From NCBI GenBank assembly GCA_963725665.1, contig CAVRZA010000011.1, forward strand, positions 416,001-480,000: 64,000 nt of DNA. The letters run 5' to 3'. Below are positions 50,310-61,596 of this stretch, in pieces. The translations under genes and the position numbers were made by a program. The DNA comes from an uncultured Actinomycetes bacterium (GTDB lineage: Bacteria > Actinomycetota > Thermoleophilia > UBA2241). Every line of letters begins with the position of its first letter. The stretch's first letter is position 1. The notes beneath the pieces are model-generated. The model worked only from the letters and a program-made list of their open reading frames with translations. It was not told the DNA's origin and made no database searches.

Positions 50310-52300
50310 CCCTTTGCCGGAGAAACCGCCTGCGCGGCGTCTTCGGCCTCGAACCGCGCCGCGATGAGGTCTTCGATGAAGTCCTCACTCACGTCGTCGG
50401 TCGATCCTCGCCTCAGGAGCACGCTCGGCACCGTCTCGAGCACGATCTTGACGTCGTTCTTGAAGCTCAGGGTGGCGACGTAGTACTCGTCCCACCTGAG
50501 CATCTCGGAGCGCCGCAGCCGGTTGCGGCCGCGTATCGCCACCAGCCCGGTTATGCCCGGTTTGACGCGAAGGACACGTTCGTAGTGTTCGCGGTACTCG
50601 TCGACGACCAAGGACAGGTTCGGCCGCGGCCCCACCAGGCTCATGTCGCCCTTGAGGACGTTGAAGAGCTGCGGCAGCTCGTCGAGGCTGAAGGCGCGCA
50701 TCCAGCGGCCCGCCCACGTGATGCGCGCGTCGTTCTCCTCGAGGTAGTAGCCGGGCCCGTGCTGCACGGCGTCGGGGATCATGGTGCGGAACTTGTAGAT
50801 GAGGAAGGGCGCGCCGTCGCGGCCCACGCGCTCCTGGGTGAAGAGGACGGGCCTGCCGCTCGAGGCGTAGACGACGGCCGCCAGGCCAGTCAGCAGCGGC
50901 GCGGCCAGCAGGGTCGCGGCGCCGCCGGCGGCGAGATCGAAGAGGCGCTTGCCGCGGCGGCCGTAGAAGGAGTGCACGGCCGCCGCCTCGAGGGCCGCAC
51001 TCTCGGCGATCGTCGGGGCGCGGTCGGGCATGCGGAAGCGGGGCGGCGCCGCAGACAGTCCGTCCGTTAGGCCGGGCGCGGCCGCCTCTTCGAGCGTGGC
51101 CAGGAGCCGCTCAGCCATGGCGTCGCGGTCGAACTCGCGCTCGGCGAGGCGGCGCGCGTTGGCCCCCAGCCTTTTCACTGCCTCCGGCTCGTCTGCTAGA
51201 GCGGCCATCGCGGCGGCCAGCGCGAGGGGGTCGCCGGGCGGCGCGTAGAGACCCGTGCGCTCGTCCTCCGCCAGGCGGCGGAGCCAGCCGTCGACGTTGA
51301 CGATGACCGGCTTGCCGGCCGCGAGACCGTCGAAGAACTTGTTGGGCGAGTTCGCGCTGAAGACGGGAATGTCGGCGAAGAGGGTCAGCATGGCGTCGGC
51401 GGCGCCGACGATGCCCGCCAGGCGCTCCTTGGGCACGGGCGGGAGGAAGAGGATGTTGCGCAGGCCGAGCTCGCGCGCCTGGGCCTCGAGTCGCGCTCGC
51501 TCCGACCCGTCGCCGATCACGACCACCGCGACGCGCTCGTCCCCCAGGCGCGCGAGCTCGGCCGCCGCCTCGACGAGGCAGTCGAGGCCGTTGGCTCTGC
51601 CCACGGCGCCGGTGTAGAGGACGACGAACTTGTCCTGCAGGCCGTGCTCGGCGCGGAAGCCCTGGTCGACGTTCGTGGGCCGGAACAGGTCGAGATCGCT
51701 GGCGTTGGGGATGAAGACGATCTTCTTGTCGGGGACACCGTCGCAAAGCAGGGCCTCGCGGGAGCCTTCGCTGAGGACCACGACGCGTTCCGCTGCGTCG
51801 TAGAGGGTGCGCTCGAGGCGGCGCGCCGCGGCCACGGCGGCCGGGTTCTTGAGGGCGCCCATGGCGATGGGCACCGCCGGCCAGAGGTCGCGCAGCTCGA
51901 AGACGAAGGGCCGCCGGTGGCGGCGCGCCGCCAGCAGCCCGGGGATGCCGATGGTGAGCGGCGTCGAGGTGGCGAACACCACGTCGGGCCGGCGCGCGGT
52001 GAGGCCGGCCAGGCCGGCGGCCAGGGTGAAGGCGGCGAACGAGGCCAGGCGAACCGGGTACGGGAAGTGGTTGGAGTACGGGACGTTGACGATCACCAGG
52101 TCGATGCCCTCGACGGTGCGGCGGGCCACGAGGTGACCGGAGGCGAGACGCCCGGCGTCGCCCTGCAGCCGCGTCGTGTCGGCGGTGACCACGGTCACCT
52201 CGTGGCCCGCCGCGACGAGCCGTCGCGCGAGCTCGAAGGAGCGCGTCGCCGAGGCGCCCTCGCGGGTGGCGAAGTACTGGTGGAAGTAGAGGATCCTCAT
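50306..52300 (-). CDS. GT4 (WbuB-like) glycosyltransferase fused to a phosphoglycosyl (initiating) transferase
   Basis: MRILYFHQYF, ELRDLWP, PNKFFD; then KRLFD, KFRTM, LDELPQLFNVLKGDMSLVGPRP, KPGITG. Confidence 0.88.
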   Translation of the reverse strand: MRILYFHQYFATREGASATRSFELARRLVAAGHEVTVVTADTTRLQGDAGRLASGHLVARRTVEGIDLVIVNVPYSNHFPYPVRLASFAAFTLAAGLAGLTARRPDVVFATSTPLTIGIPGLLAARRHRRPFVFELRDLWPAVPIAMGALKNPAAVAAARRLERTLYDAAERVVVLSEGSREALLCDGVPDKKIVFIPNASDLDLFRPTNVDQGFRAEHGLQDKFVVLYTGAVGRANGLDCLVEAAAELARLGDERVAVVVIGDGSERARLEAQARELGLRNILFLPPVPKERLAGIVGAADAMLTLFADIPVFSANSPNKFFDGLAAGKPVIVNVDGWLRRLAEDERTGLYAPPGDPLALAAAMAALADEPEAVKRLGANARRLAEREFDRDAMAERLLATLEEAAAPGLTDGLSAAPPRFRMPDRAPTIAESAALEAAAVHSFYGRRGKRLFDLAAGGAATLLAAPLLTGLAAVVYASSGRPVLFTQERVGRDGAPFLIYKFRTMIPDAVQHGPGYYLEENDARITWAGRWMRAFSLDELPQLFNVLKGDMSLVGPRPNLSLVVDEYREHYERVLRVKPGITGLVAIRGRNRLRRSEMLRWDEYYVATLSFKNDVKIVLETVPSVLLRRGSTDDVSEDFIEDLIAARFEAEDAAQAVSPAKG

Positions 52301-53462
52301 CGCCGGGCGCGCGGTCGGGGGCCGACGGCCCTGCGTCCGCAAGGAGCGCTTCGTAGAAGTCGAGCAGCCGACCCTCGATCGCCTCCCAGCAGTAGCGCTC
52401 GCGCACGGCCGCACGCCCGCGCCGCCCCATCGCGGCGGTGATCTCGCGGCGCTCGGCGAGCTCGAGGACGCCGGCGGCGTGGCCGACGACCGTGGCCGGA
52501 ACAACAAGGCCGCAGCGCTCCCCGCGTACGACGTCGCCTTGCCCCGGCAGGTCGGAGACCAGCGCCGCGAGGCCCGCGGCGAGGCCTTCGAAGACCTTGT
52601 TGGTCGAGATACGCCGCCGCCCGTAGACGTCGGCCGGCCAGGGCGACCAGACGACGTCGGCTGCCGCCAGGTGGCGCGGTACCTCGGTCGGCGGCACGCG
52701 CCCGAGCAGGGTCACGCAGCCTGACAGCTCGGCGACCTCGGCGCGCACGCGGCGCTCGTACTCGGCGTCGGGGAACGGTCCGCCCAGCGTGAGCGTCGCC
52801 CGGTCGCCGACCTCGCGCATCACCGCGAGCATCAGAGACACGCCGCGGCTTTCGGCGAGCGTGCCGATGTGGACGAGCCTGAGGCGGCCGTCGCCGACGG
52901 CGACGGCCGCCTCAGGCTCGTCGGCGAAGCGCGAGAAGCGGGGGTAGTTGGGCAGGACGGTGCGCAGGGCCGGCCGCTCGCCCCAGCCGGCGTACTGGTC
53001 CTCGAGCACGGCGACGACGCCGTCGGCGCGCGCGGCCAGGGTGCGCTCGGCGACGCCCACGGTCGCGGCCAGCGGCGGCCGCGCCAGGGCCGGCACGTAG
53101 TGCCTGGTCTTCACGGCGTCGGCGAGGTACTCGTGCATGTCGTAGACGAAGCGGCGTCCGAGGGCCTTGACCGCCGGCAGCAGCGTCAGGAGCTCGGAGT
53201 CGTGCACGTGCACGACGTCGGGCCGCGACTGGCGCACGGTGGAGAGGATGGCTGGGCCGTGCCGCCAGCGCTCGGCGCGCGGGCGCATCGGCAACCGGAG
53301 CAGTGTCACGCCGTCGCGCTCGCCGCCGTCGGCGCCGGGGGCGAGGTAGGCGACCTCGTAGCCGGCGGCGGCCAGCGAGCGGCACTCGCGCTCGAAGATG
53401 CGCGGGTCGTCGGGCCGGTGGACGACGGAGACGTGAAGGACGCGGACGGGGTCGCTGCTCAC
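52297..53462 (-). CDS. GT4 glycosyltransferase (no in-frame stop at the expected end; probable indel near 52320)
   Basis: VH...DPRIF.RE..SL, HVHD.ELL, YDMHE, NKVFE. Confidence 0.8.
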
Positions 53463-53585
53463 GGGCCAGCGATTATACCACCGGGCCGGTCCGGGTCTGG
53501 TACGCTGAAGGTCAGACGGCGCCCGTCGACTGCTGGCGTGCGACGACGGGCGAGCGCAAGAGCGACGTCAGCCGAGGGAGAGAAG

Positions 53586-54271
53586 GTGACGGCTCAGCCG
53601 GGACCGAAGGTCGGGCAGCTGGAGAGCGCTGTGCGCGGCGGCGGCCTTGTGATCGTGGGGGCCGGCGGCTTCGCGCGTGAGGTGCACGCGCTGGTCAAGG
53701 ACCTGGTGCGCGCCGGCGACGCCTGGGAGGTGCTCGCCTTCCTCGGGCGTCCTCCGGACCCGATCGGCACGCAGCTGCACGGCCTGCCGCTGCTCGAGAC
53801 GCTGCCTGACGACCTGCGCGGGCGGGTCGCCGCCGGCGTGGCCGCCGTCGGCGACCCGCCGGCGCGGCGCCGCGAGGTCGAGGCGCGCACCGGCGAGGTG
53901 CCTGCGTGGGCCCCCTGGTCCACCCCACCGTCACCTTCGACCCCGACACCGTGCTCATCGGTCCCGGGAGCGTGATCTGCGCCGGCGTCAGCCTGACCGC
54001 AGACCTGACCCTGGGGCAACATGTCATCCTCAACCTGCACTGCACTATCGGGCACGACTGCGTGCTCGAGGACTACGTCGCCTTGATGCCCGGCTGTCAC
54101 ATCTCGGGCGGAGCGGCTCTGCGCGAGGGCGCCTACCTGGGCACCGGGGCCGTAGTGCTCCCGTCGATCGAGGTCGGCGCCGGCGCCGTCGTCGGCGCCG
54201 GCGCAGTAGTCACGCGCGACGTGCCGCCGGGCGCGACCGTCGCCGGCGTGCCGGCGCGCACCGTCGGCTGA
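53586..54271 (+). CDS. NeuD/PglD-like sugar acetyltransferase (frameshift near 53912)
   Basis: IVGAGGFARE, AVGDP; LVHP followed by hexapeptide repeats, IGHD, GVPAR. Confidence 0.85.
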
Positions 54272-54341
54272 GCGTCGGCTGCCCGGTGGGCTAACGGTGC
54301 CGGCGCGCGCCGTCGGTTGACGGCTTCGGCGAACGGCGTCC

Positions 54342-55896
54342 TCAGGGACTGACGGCGGCGCGCCACTGCGCCACGACGTCGCCGGCCGAGGTCGCGACGC
54401 CACCGTTTGCCAGCGTCCACTCGATCAGATCCCAGTAGACCCGGCCGTAGCCGCGCGAGACCAGCGGGTCGAGGCGCGTGTTGTGCCAGAGGACGGCTGC
54501 GGCGCCGCCCACTTCGCGCACGGCGGCGAGGACTCGCTGCGCCGCGGCCCGGCCTTCGTCCACGGGCAGGTCGCGGTAGTGGCGGTCCTGCAGGGTGCCG
54601 TCCATGATGACCAGGGGCAGCTCCACGAGGTCGAGCGGCCTGTCCTCCGCGAGGGAATAGGGCCTGAAGGGGAACGACAGCCCGCAGCGCGGTCCTTCGC
54701 GAGCGCCGAACGCGATGCTGGAGTCGTAAGCGAGCCCCGCCGCCTCGAGCAGGGGTAGCGTCTCGTGGTAGAGGCAGCGCAGGTAGTGGAAGCGGATGCC
54801 CTCGACAACGCCCGCGGTCATCTCCTTCAGGCGCGACCTGTCCTCCGACAGGACGGCGAGGTCGACGCGGTCGCGCGAGTTGCCGTGCAGACCGGTCTCG
54901 CGTCCCGCGCTGGCGCAGCAGACGCAGGAGGGCCGGCAGCCGACGGTGGTAGTTCGCGGCGTCGACGCCGTCGAGGCGCTCGCGATGGCTGGCGATGACG
55001 AAGAAGGTGGAGTCGGCGCCGAGCCGGTCCTCGCGCTCGATGAGCGCGGGGAAGGTCCAGTAGGGGTCGGAACCGGCCGGCAGGTGGTCGGTCAAGGCGC
55101 GTAGCAGGCACTCGAGCTCCCAGCGCGCGGTGGCGAAGTCGCCGGCGCGGGTCTCGAGCGCGGCGCGACGCAGTGAGCCCGCGACGGCGCGCGCCGTCCA
55201 GCGCCGCAGGTGGTCGACGTCGTGGGTCAGGGCGATGGCGAAGGCGGCGTCGGCGGAGTGCGCGGCCGGGGCGCCTCCGCCGCGTGGGGCTGGCGTCGCC
55301 CCGCCATCGTGCGCGGCTGCGGCGGCGTTCGCCGCCGCGAAGGATCGCCCGGTCCTGGGCTTCCAGCGCGGAGGCGTGAGGTCGCGCGTTTGCGAGAGGA
55401 GGCGGCGCAACACGCGGACGTACCCGTCTAGCGGCGGGTCGGCCGCGTCGAGCGCCGCCTCCGTGGCGAAGAAGCTGAGCTCGTACGGGAAGCGCCCGTG
55501 CTGGTCGCGCTGCGGCCTGGTGTGTTCGTCCCAGGCGGCCAGGATGAGGAAAGCCGATGCCACGAGGTCGAAAGGCATGGCGAAGCCGGGGTCCGCGACT
55601 GGAAAGGCGCCGACGAGGGGGGCGGGCTCGTCGAAGCTCGTGAACGAGCCCGCCGGCACGTCGGCGCCGCCGGCAATCGCCGCCGCGGCCTCGGCCGAGA
55701 CCGGGATGGTCGGCACCCCGGCGACGGGCTGGGGCGCATACGCCAGGGAGGCGCCCTGCGAGAGCTCGCGGTCACGCACGACCTCCAGACGGCAGCCGGC
55801 CGCGTCGCAGAGCGTCCGCAGGACCCAGGCCGCTTTGCGCGCGAGATGGTCGGGGACGTCGACGAGCAGGCGCGCCGTCGGGCGTGGATCGCTCAC
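54342..55896 (-). CDS. Polysaccharide deacetylase family protein (frameshift near 54905)
   Basis: LTHDVD, STFF, GLHG, RFHYLR, YDSS, ELPL..MD, LWH. Confidence 0.82.
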
Positions 55897-55960
55897 CGCT
55901 CGACCCTTCTCGCTGCCGGTAGCTCGCTCACTGCCGGCTCCTCCGCGTCCGGCGGCCTGC

Positions 55961-57527
55961 TCACAGCTCGTCCTCGCCGGTGCGACGCCGCCAGCGGCGC
56001 GCGAGGGTGCCGGCGCTGCAGAGCAGCGCCCCCCGCTCGCGCGCCCAGTCCACCAGCGACCAGTACGCCTCGCCGTAGCCGCGCCCGACGTACGGGTGGA
56101 AGTGGTTGTGATGCCACAGGATGCTGACCCCGCCTCGCGAACGCTTGACGCGCTCGAGGACGGCCCGCGCGGCCGCGGCGGCCTGCTCGGGAGCGAGGGC
56201 GCGATACTTGGGCGCCAGCAGCGTGGTGTCCATCACGGCCAGCGGCAGCTCGAGGAGCGCCAGGGGCTCGTCCGTTCTGAGGTCGTAGGGATGGAAGGGG
56301 AACGCCGTGCCACAGCGGAAGCCCTCGTGCTCGGCGAAGGCGAGGCTTGTGTCGTAGGCGAAGCCGGCGCGCTCGAGGAGCGGCAGCGTCTCGTGGTAGA
56401 GGCAGCGCAGGTAGTGGTAGCGCATCCCCTCGACCGTGGTCGCGGCCTCTTCGGCGAGGCGGCCGCGGTCTTCGCCTGAGCGCCTCGAGGCCGAGGCGGT
56501 CGCGGTCGTTGCCGTGCAGGGCGATCTCGCGTTCGGCACGGCGCAGCAGGCGTAGCAGGTCGGGCAAGCGCCGGTGATAGACGGCCGGCGAGCTCCCGTC
56601 GAGGGGGTGGCTGTGGCTGGCGATGATGAAGAACGTCGAGTCGATGCCGAGGGCGTTCTCCCGCGCCAGCAGCTCGGGGAAGGTCCAGTAGGGGTCGACG
56701 CCGCGGGGCACGTCGCGCGTCGCGTGGTAGGCGAGCAGGCCGACCTCGAAGCGAGCCTGTGGCAGGTCGCCGGCCCTGAGCGCCCGGACGCCGCGCTTGC
56801 CGGCGGCCGGCCAGGCGCGCGGGATCCAGCGCGGCAGGCCGTCGACGTCGTGCGTCAGAGCGACGGCGAACGGGCTGCCGCCGTTGTCCCACACGGGCGG
56901 CTCGAGCGGCGGGCGATGCAGAGCCGCGAGGCGCTCGGCGATGATGCTGCCCAGCAGGCGCCCGTAGGCGTCGACGGCCGGCTCCTCGACGGCGAGCGCC
57001 GGGTTGGACGCGAAGACGCTGGCCGCGAAGGGAAAGCGGTCTTGCGCGTCGCGCGCGTCGCTCGTGTGCTCGTCCCAGCAGGCGAGCAGAAGGAAAGCGG
57101 AAGCGATGAGGTCGGCGGCGACGGCGAAGCCGGCGTCGCCGACCTCATCGCCACCCGCTCGCGCGCCGACGTCACCACGCCGCCTCGGGCCGCCATCGCC
57201 GCCCGCCCGCAAGCCACCAGCGTCGCCAGTGACGGGGAACGCCGCCACGAGCGTCTCGCCGCGCGCCTCGAGCGGCGCGAACGACCCCTCGGGCAGCGGT
57301 CTGTCGGCCGGGATGAGGTCGTGGGCCGCGCGTGAGGCGGGGATGGTCGGCACGCCGGGCACGGGTGCCGGCGCGTAGGCGAGCACGCAGCCGGGCGCCG
57401 CTGGGCGCTCGCGCACGAGACGTGCGCGAGCGCCCAGCGGCGCCAGCATCGTCTGCAGCGCCCAGGCAACCTTGGGGACCATGTGGTCGGGCACGTCGGC
57501 GAAGACGTCGAGCACGGGCGGCTTCAC
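55961..57527 (-). CDS. Polysaccharide deacetylase family paralogue (frameshift near 56478)
   Basis: LTHDVD, ALHG, RYHYLR, YDTS, GFRCG, LWH. Confidence 0.82.
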
Positions 57528-57530
57528 GTT

Positions 57531-58763
57531 CTAAAGCTCCACGTCTTCGCGCCGCGCCTCGCGCCGCCGCCGCAGACGCCGCCACACGAGGCGCGACCAG
57601 TGGGCCGTGTTGACGAGGCCGGGCAGCGGGTCGTCGAGGGCGAACACGCCGTCGACGCGCGTGGCGCCCAGCGAGCCCAACCACGACCCGGCGGTGAGCT
57701 CGCCGCGGCGAATCTCGAGGAGGCTGTCGGCGGTGTCCTTGAGGGTCAGGATCCAGCGCGCGCCGTCGCTCTGCGGTGGGCTCACCGACGGCTCGCCGAC
57801 GGCGTCGCGGTAGGCGGCCAGCGACAGGTTCACGCCGCAACGGGTGGCGAGCGTGTGCCAGAGCCAGTGGCGCGCGTTCACTTCCATGAGCTTATAGTGG
57901 CCGTCGCGTGGGTCGCGCTTGAACTCGACCTGCGAGACGCCGTGGAAGCGCAGCTCGGCGAGCAGGCGCACGGCCGCGTCGGCGAGGTCGGGGAGCCACA
58001 CGCTCTCGGCGAAACGGCTGGTCCCGAAGGTGCGCGGATGTTGCCGCAGCTTGCGCCCCGTGAACACGGCCAGGGGGTGTGACTCCGCGTCGAGGTAGGA
58101 GCCGACGGTGTACAGCTCGTCGTCCCCGCCGGGCACGATCTCCTGCAGCATCAGGGTGCCGCAGTCGTCCACGCGCCGGTAGACTTCGCTGAGCTCGTCG
58201 CGCGAGGGTATGACTAGCACGGGGCGGCCGAAGCGGCGCTTGAAGGCCAGGGAGGCCACGGGCTTGAAGATGGCGGGGAAGGTGGTGCGCGACGCCGCCT
58301 CCTCGAGGCTGGCGGCGTCGCGCACGAACTGGGTGGCCGGCGTGTCGACGCCGACGCGCCAGGCGGCGCGCAGCTGTTCCTCCTTGTCGGCAACCCAGCG
58401 CATCGTCTCCCAGCGCGCGAAAGGGATGCGGAACAGGGGCTCGAGACGCTCGGCGTGCCGCGACACGGCCCACACGTACTCATCGTGGGTGGGGAAGACG
58501 ACCGGCCGCTGGGGCAGCTCGCGTCCCAGCGCCTCGAGCCCGGCGACGAACTCCTCCTCGTCGTCGGCGGGGTCGGGCACGACGACGCCGGCGGCGTAGC
58601 GCGACATGAAGCCCAGAGCGCGCCGGTTGGGGTCGGCCGCCAGTACGGGTACGCCCTCGCGTCCCAGGTCGCGGATGACGCCGAGCCCGTTGGCGAACGA
58701 GCTCTGCAGCACGAGGGCCGGCGGGGTCGTGCGCGCCAACTCTATGAGGCGCTCGAACCTCAT
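57531..58763 (-). CDS. ATP-grasp carboxylate-amine ligase (D-aspartate ligase-like)
   Basis: GLGVIRDLG, FPTHD, KP, QEIVPG, EFKRDPRDG..KLMEVNAR. Confidence 0.85.
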   Translation of the reverse strand: MRFERLIELARTTPPALVLQSSFANGLGVIRDLGREGVPVLAADPNRRALGFMSRYAAGVVVPDPADDEEEFVAGLEALGRELPQRPVVFPTHDEYVWAVSRHAERLEPLFRIPFARWETMRWVADKEEQLRAAWRVGVDTPATQFVRDAASLEEAASRTTFPAIFKPVASLAFKRRFGRPVLVIPSRDELSEVYRRVDDCGTLMLQEIVPGGDDELYTVGSYLDAESHPLAVFTGRKLRQHPRTFGTSRFAESVWLPDLADAAVRLLAELRFHGVSQVEFKRDPRDGHYKLMEVNARHWLWHTLATRCGVNLSLAAYRDAVGEPSVSPPQSDGARWILTLKDTADSLLEIRRGELTAGSWLGSLGATRVDGVFALDDPLPGLVNTAHWSRLVWRRLRRRREARREDVEL

Positions 58764-60073
58764 GTCGAAGGCTCCGCAGCGTCGGGCACGATGGCGTCGC
58801 CCTCCGGCAGGGCGAGCGCACGGCGGTAGATGTCGAGCTGGCGCCGGGCGTTGGCCTGCCAGGTCAGGCCGGCGACCGCCGCGCGGCCGGCTGCGCCGAC
58901 GGCCGCGGCGGTCGCCGGCTCGGCGAGCAGGCGCGCAAAGAGCGCGGCGAGGGCCTCGTCGTCGTGAGCCGGCACGAGGAAGCCGCTGACGCCGTCCTCG
59001 ACGAAGTCCGCGAGGCCCTCGCCGTGGCAGCCCACGACGGGCGTGCCCTGCGACATCGCTTCGGCGTAAACGAGGCCGAACGCCTCGTCCACGCTGGGCA
59101 AGACGAACAGGTCGGCCGCCTTCATCAGGCCCAGCACCTCGGCGTGCTCGCGGCGTCCCACCAGGTGCACGTGCCGATCGATGTCGAGGCGGCGCGCCGT
59201 TTCCTGCAAGCGACCTACCAGAGGGCCGTCGCCGGCCACCACGTAGGCCGGCCGCTTCGCCACGGGCAGGCGGGCCAGGGCGCGCAAGACGGTCTCGTGA
59301 CCCTTTCGCTCGATCAGGTAGCCCACGGAGAGGACGAACGGACTGCCGCCGGGGATTCCGGCGGGCAAGAGCGATGATGTTTCGCCGGCCCGCCCGTCCG
59401 TCGGCCGAAGGCTCACGGGCGACTGGGCTTCCGGTGACCCGTCGCCGGGCGTATCGGCAACGTCATCGCTGCCGGCACGGCCATCCCTTGCGAAGCCGTT
59501 GAGGTTCACGTGGAGACGCTCAGGGGCGACGACGCCGTCGAGCGCGCGCGCCACTGCGCTAGACACGCAGACCACGGCCGCCGCGTTGCACAGCACGAGC
59601 GCCGTGGCGCGCGCGAGGGCGTCGCCGCCCCTGAGGTTGTGGTAGGCGTCGCGGCCGTGCACGGTCACTACGTAGGGCACGCCGAGGGCCGAAGCGAGCG
59701 CACGCGCCGCCGCCCCGTCGGGAACCGCCTGATGGGCGTGGATGAGGTCGATCCCGGCGCCGCGGAGCGCTGGCACGGACCGCCGCAAGGAGGCGTAGTA
59801 GAGGTCGCCGGCGTGCGACGCGAGGAACATGCCCGGCAGTACCGGCACGCGAGGGTACTCCACGAAGATGCCGTTGCGGACCGCGCGCGCGGGTGTCTCT
59901 CCCCTGCTGCGCATTCTCGGGACCGCCCACAGCACGCGCGGCGCGTACCCGGTCGGTGACAGCACCCGTACCCGCACGCCGAGAGCCGTCAGGGCTCTGG
60001 CTTGGTCCTCGACGAAGAGGTGCCGCTCATACCCCGGAGAGGGGTAGAGGTGCGAGACCACCAACACCTTCAT
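58760..60073 (-). CDS. GT4 glycosyltransferase
   Basis: MKVLVVSHLYP, VGYLIERKG, PSVDEAFGLVYAEAM. Confidence 0.9.
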   Translation of the reverse strand: MKVLVVSHLYPSPGYERHLFVEDQARALTALGVRVRVLSPTGYAPRVLWAVPRMRSRGETPARAVRNGIFVEYPRVPVLPGMFLASHAGDLYYASLRRSVPALRGAGIDLIHAHQAVPDGAAARALASALGVPYVVTVHGRDAYHNLRGGDALARATALVLCNAAAVVCVSSAVARALDGVVAPERLHVNLNGFARDGRAGSDDVADTPGDGSPEAQSPVSLRPTDGRAGETSSLLPAGIPGGSPFVLSVGYLIERKGHETVLRALARLPVAKRPAYVVAGDGPLVGRLQETARRLDIDRHVHLVGRREHAEVLGLMKAADLFVLPSVDEAFGLVYAEAMSQGTPVVGCHGEGLADFVEDGVSGFLVPAHDDEALAALFARLLAEPATAAAVGAAGRAAVAGLTWQANARRQLDIYRRALALPEGDAIVPDAAEPST

Positions 60074-61596
60074 GCCGCGGCCTCGCCGCGCAGATCCGGT
60101 AGCGCACGGTGTCCAGACTGCCCCTCCTCGAGCCGCTCGGCGCGCAGCACCACGGCGAGGCCAAGCCCGAAGAGGACCCACATGGGCGGGAAGTCGAACA
60201 CGGAGCTTGGTCCCCAGCAGCCGATCACGTAGCCGGCGACGGCGATCGAGGTCGCCGTCCCTAAGAAGCGCAGCTGGGGGTCGGCACTGTCGCGTCCGAT
60301 CCTCCACAGGGCGACGAACAGGCCTACGTAGAAGAGCAGGTAGAAGACAAGGCCGGGCAAGCCGCCGTCGACGAGGACCTCCATCCACCAGTTGTGGAGG
60401 TTCGCGAGCTCCCCGAGTCTATCGGGTTGCTGCTTTACCAGTCCTTCGGCGTTGCCCGGGCCCGCGCCGGCGAGGTCGTACTGCAGGGCCGCGTGCCATC
60501 CCGCCCGTAGAAGCGCGACCCGGGAGCCACCCGAGCCGCTTCCCGACTCCACCTGCTGGGTCACGACACTCAGCTGGAACTGGTCGAGAAGGTGAGACTG
60601 CGAGCTGTTGAAGGCGAGGAAGGCCAGCCCGGCGAGCAAGGCGACGCCGATGACCACGATGGCGCCGCGATGCCTCACCCTGCCGCGCGCGAAGAGCACG
60701 GCCATGACGAGGAGCGTCTCGAAGCCGATCGCCACGAGCGCCACACGCGACCCCGTGTGGAGCAGGGCGTAGGCGCTGAGGGCGAGCCCGAGCAGGGCGA
60801 GCGCCTGGAGCGACGCGCGTCGTGTGAGGAAGAGACCAACGAGGAGAAAGGGCAGACACATGGCGAGGTATGTGGCCAGGTCGTTGGGGTTGAAGAAGAA
60901 ACCCGTCGCGAAGCGGGCGATCCTTTGCCCTCCGTATGCCGAGCTTGGCAGGTGCAGTCCGAGCGTGCCCTCTGCAGTCGCGACGAGCAGGTTCAGCGCC
61001 AAGGCGATGCCGAGCACGACGAGCAGGGTGTGCAGGCGCTCACGGGTCGTGCCCCAGTAGGTCGTCGCGACGAGCACGACGACCATGAGCGCCAGCAGCG
61101 CCAGGTAGCGGAAGCCGGCCGTCTTGTCGGGCGCCCAGAGGAGGCTGAGCAGAAGCCAGCCGAGCCAGGCGGCCAGCCAGGCGATGAGGCTGAGCGGCGC
61201 GACACGCAGCCGCGGCCGCGCGAGCAGGGCCCACGTAAGGGTGCCGAAGATGAGAACGGCGACGAGCACGCGAAAGGCGAAGACCTGGCGCGCCTGGGGC
61301 AGGGCGACGGCAGGCCCGAGGAGTGCGGCGAGGACGACGAGCAGGGCGAGGAAGCGCAGAGCCCTGCGCAGCGGCAGACGCAGTAGGCGCCGTCCGGCGA
61401 CGAGGACGAGCGCGACGATGACGAAGAGCCCGAGGCCGAAAACGGTGCGTCGTGGGTGAACGTGCAACGACCAGACGATGAGCACGGTGGCCAGCGTGCC
61501 GGCGAGCAGCGCCAGTACCGTCGGCCACCTTGGGGCCCACCGGCTCCTTCCGCCGCCTGAGGCGGACGGCAGCTTACCAGGCACGGCTGGGCTCAC
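60070..61596 (-). CDS. O-antigen ligase/polymerase (Wzy_C) family membrane protein
   Basis: Many TM helices; FFNPNDLA, TGSR, LHNWWMEVL.DGG. Confidence 0.85.
   Translation of the reverse strand: MSPAVPGKLPSASGGGRSRWAPRWPTVLALLAGTLATVLIVWSLHVHPRRTVFGLGLFVIVALVLVAGRRLLRLPLRRALRFLALLVVLAALLGPAVALPQARQVFAFRVLVAVLIFGTLTWALLARPRLRVAPLSLIAWLAAWLGWLLLSLLWAPDKTAGFRYLALLALMVVVLVATTYWGTTRERLHTLLVVLGIALALNLLVATAEGTLGLHLPSSAYGGQRIARFATGFFFNPNDLATYLAMCLPFLLVGLFLTRRASLQALALLGLALSAYALLHTGSRVALVAIGFETLLVMAVLFARGRVRHRGAIVVIGVALLAGLAFLAFNSSQSHLLDQFQLSVVTQQVESGSGSGGSRVALLRAGWHAALQYDLAGAGPGNAEGLVKQQPDRLGELANLHNWWMEVLVDGGLPGLVFYLLFYVGLFVALWRIGRDSADPQLRFLGTATSIAVAGYVIGCWGPSSVFDFPPMWVLFGLGLAVVLRAERLEEGQSGHRALPDLRGEAAA

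Noticed and set aside
54291-54295. CTAAC as a PHO box (also at 40018)
   Set aside because: Single copies with no 11-bp partner, located between convergent genes or within an attC R' box.
54900-56480. Programmed frameshifting in both deacetylase paralogues
   Set aside because: The shifts are about 15 codons apart in the alignment, lack slippery sequences, and match the extra-G error pattern seen elsewhere.
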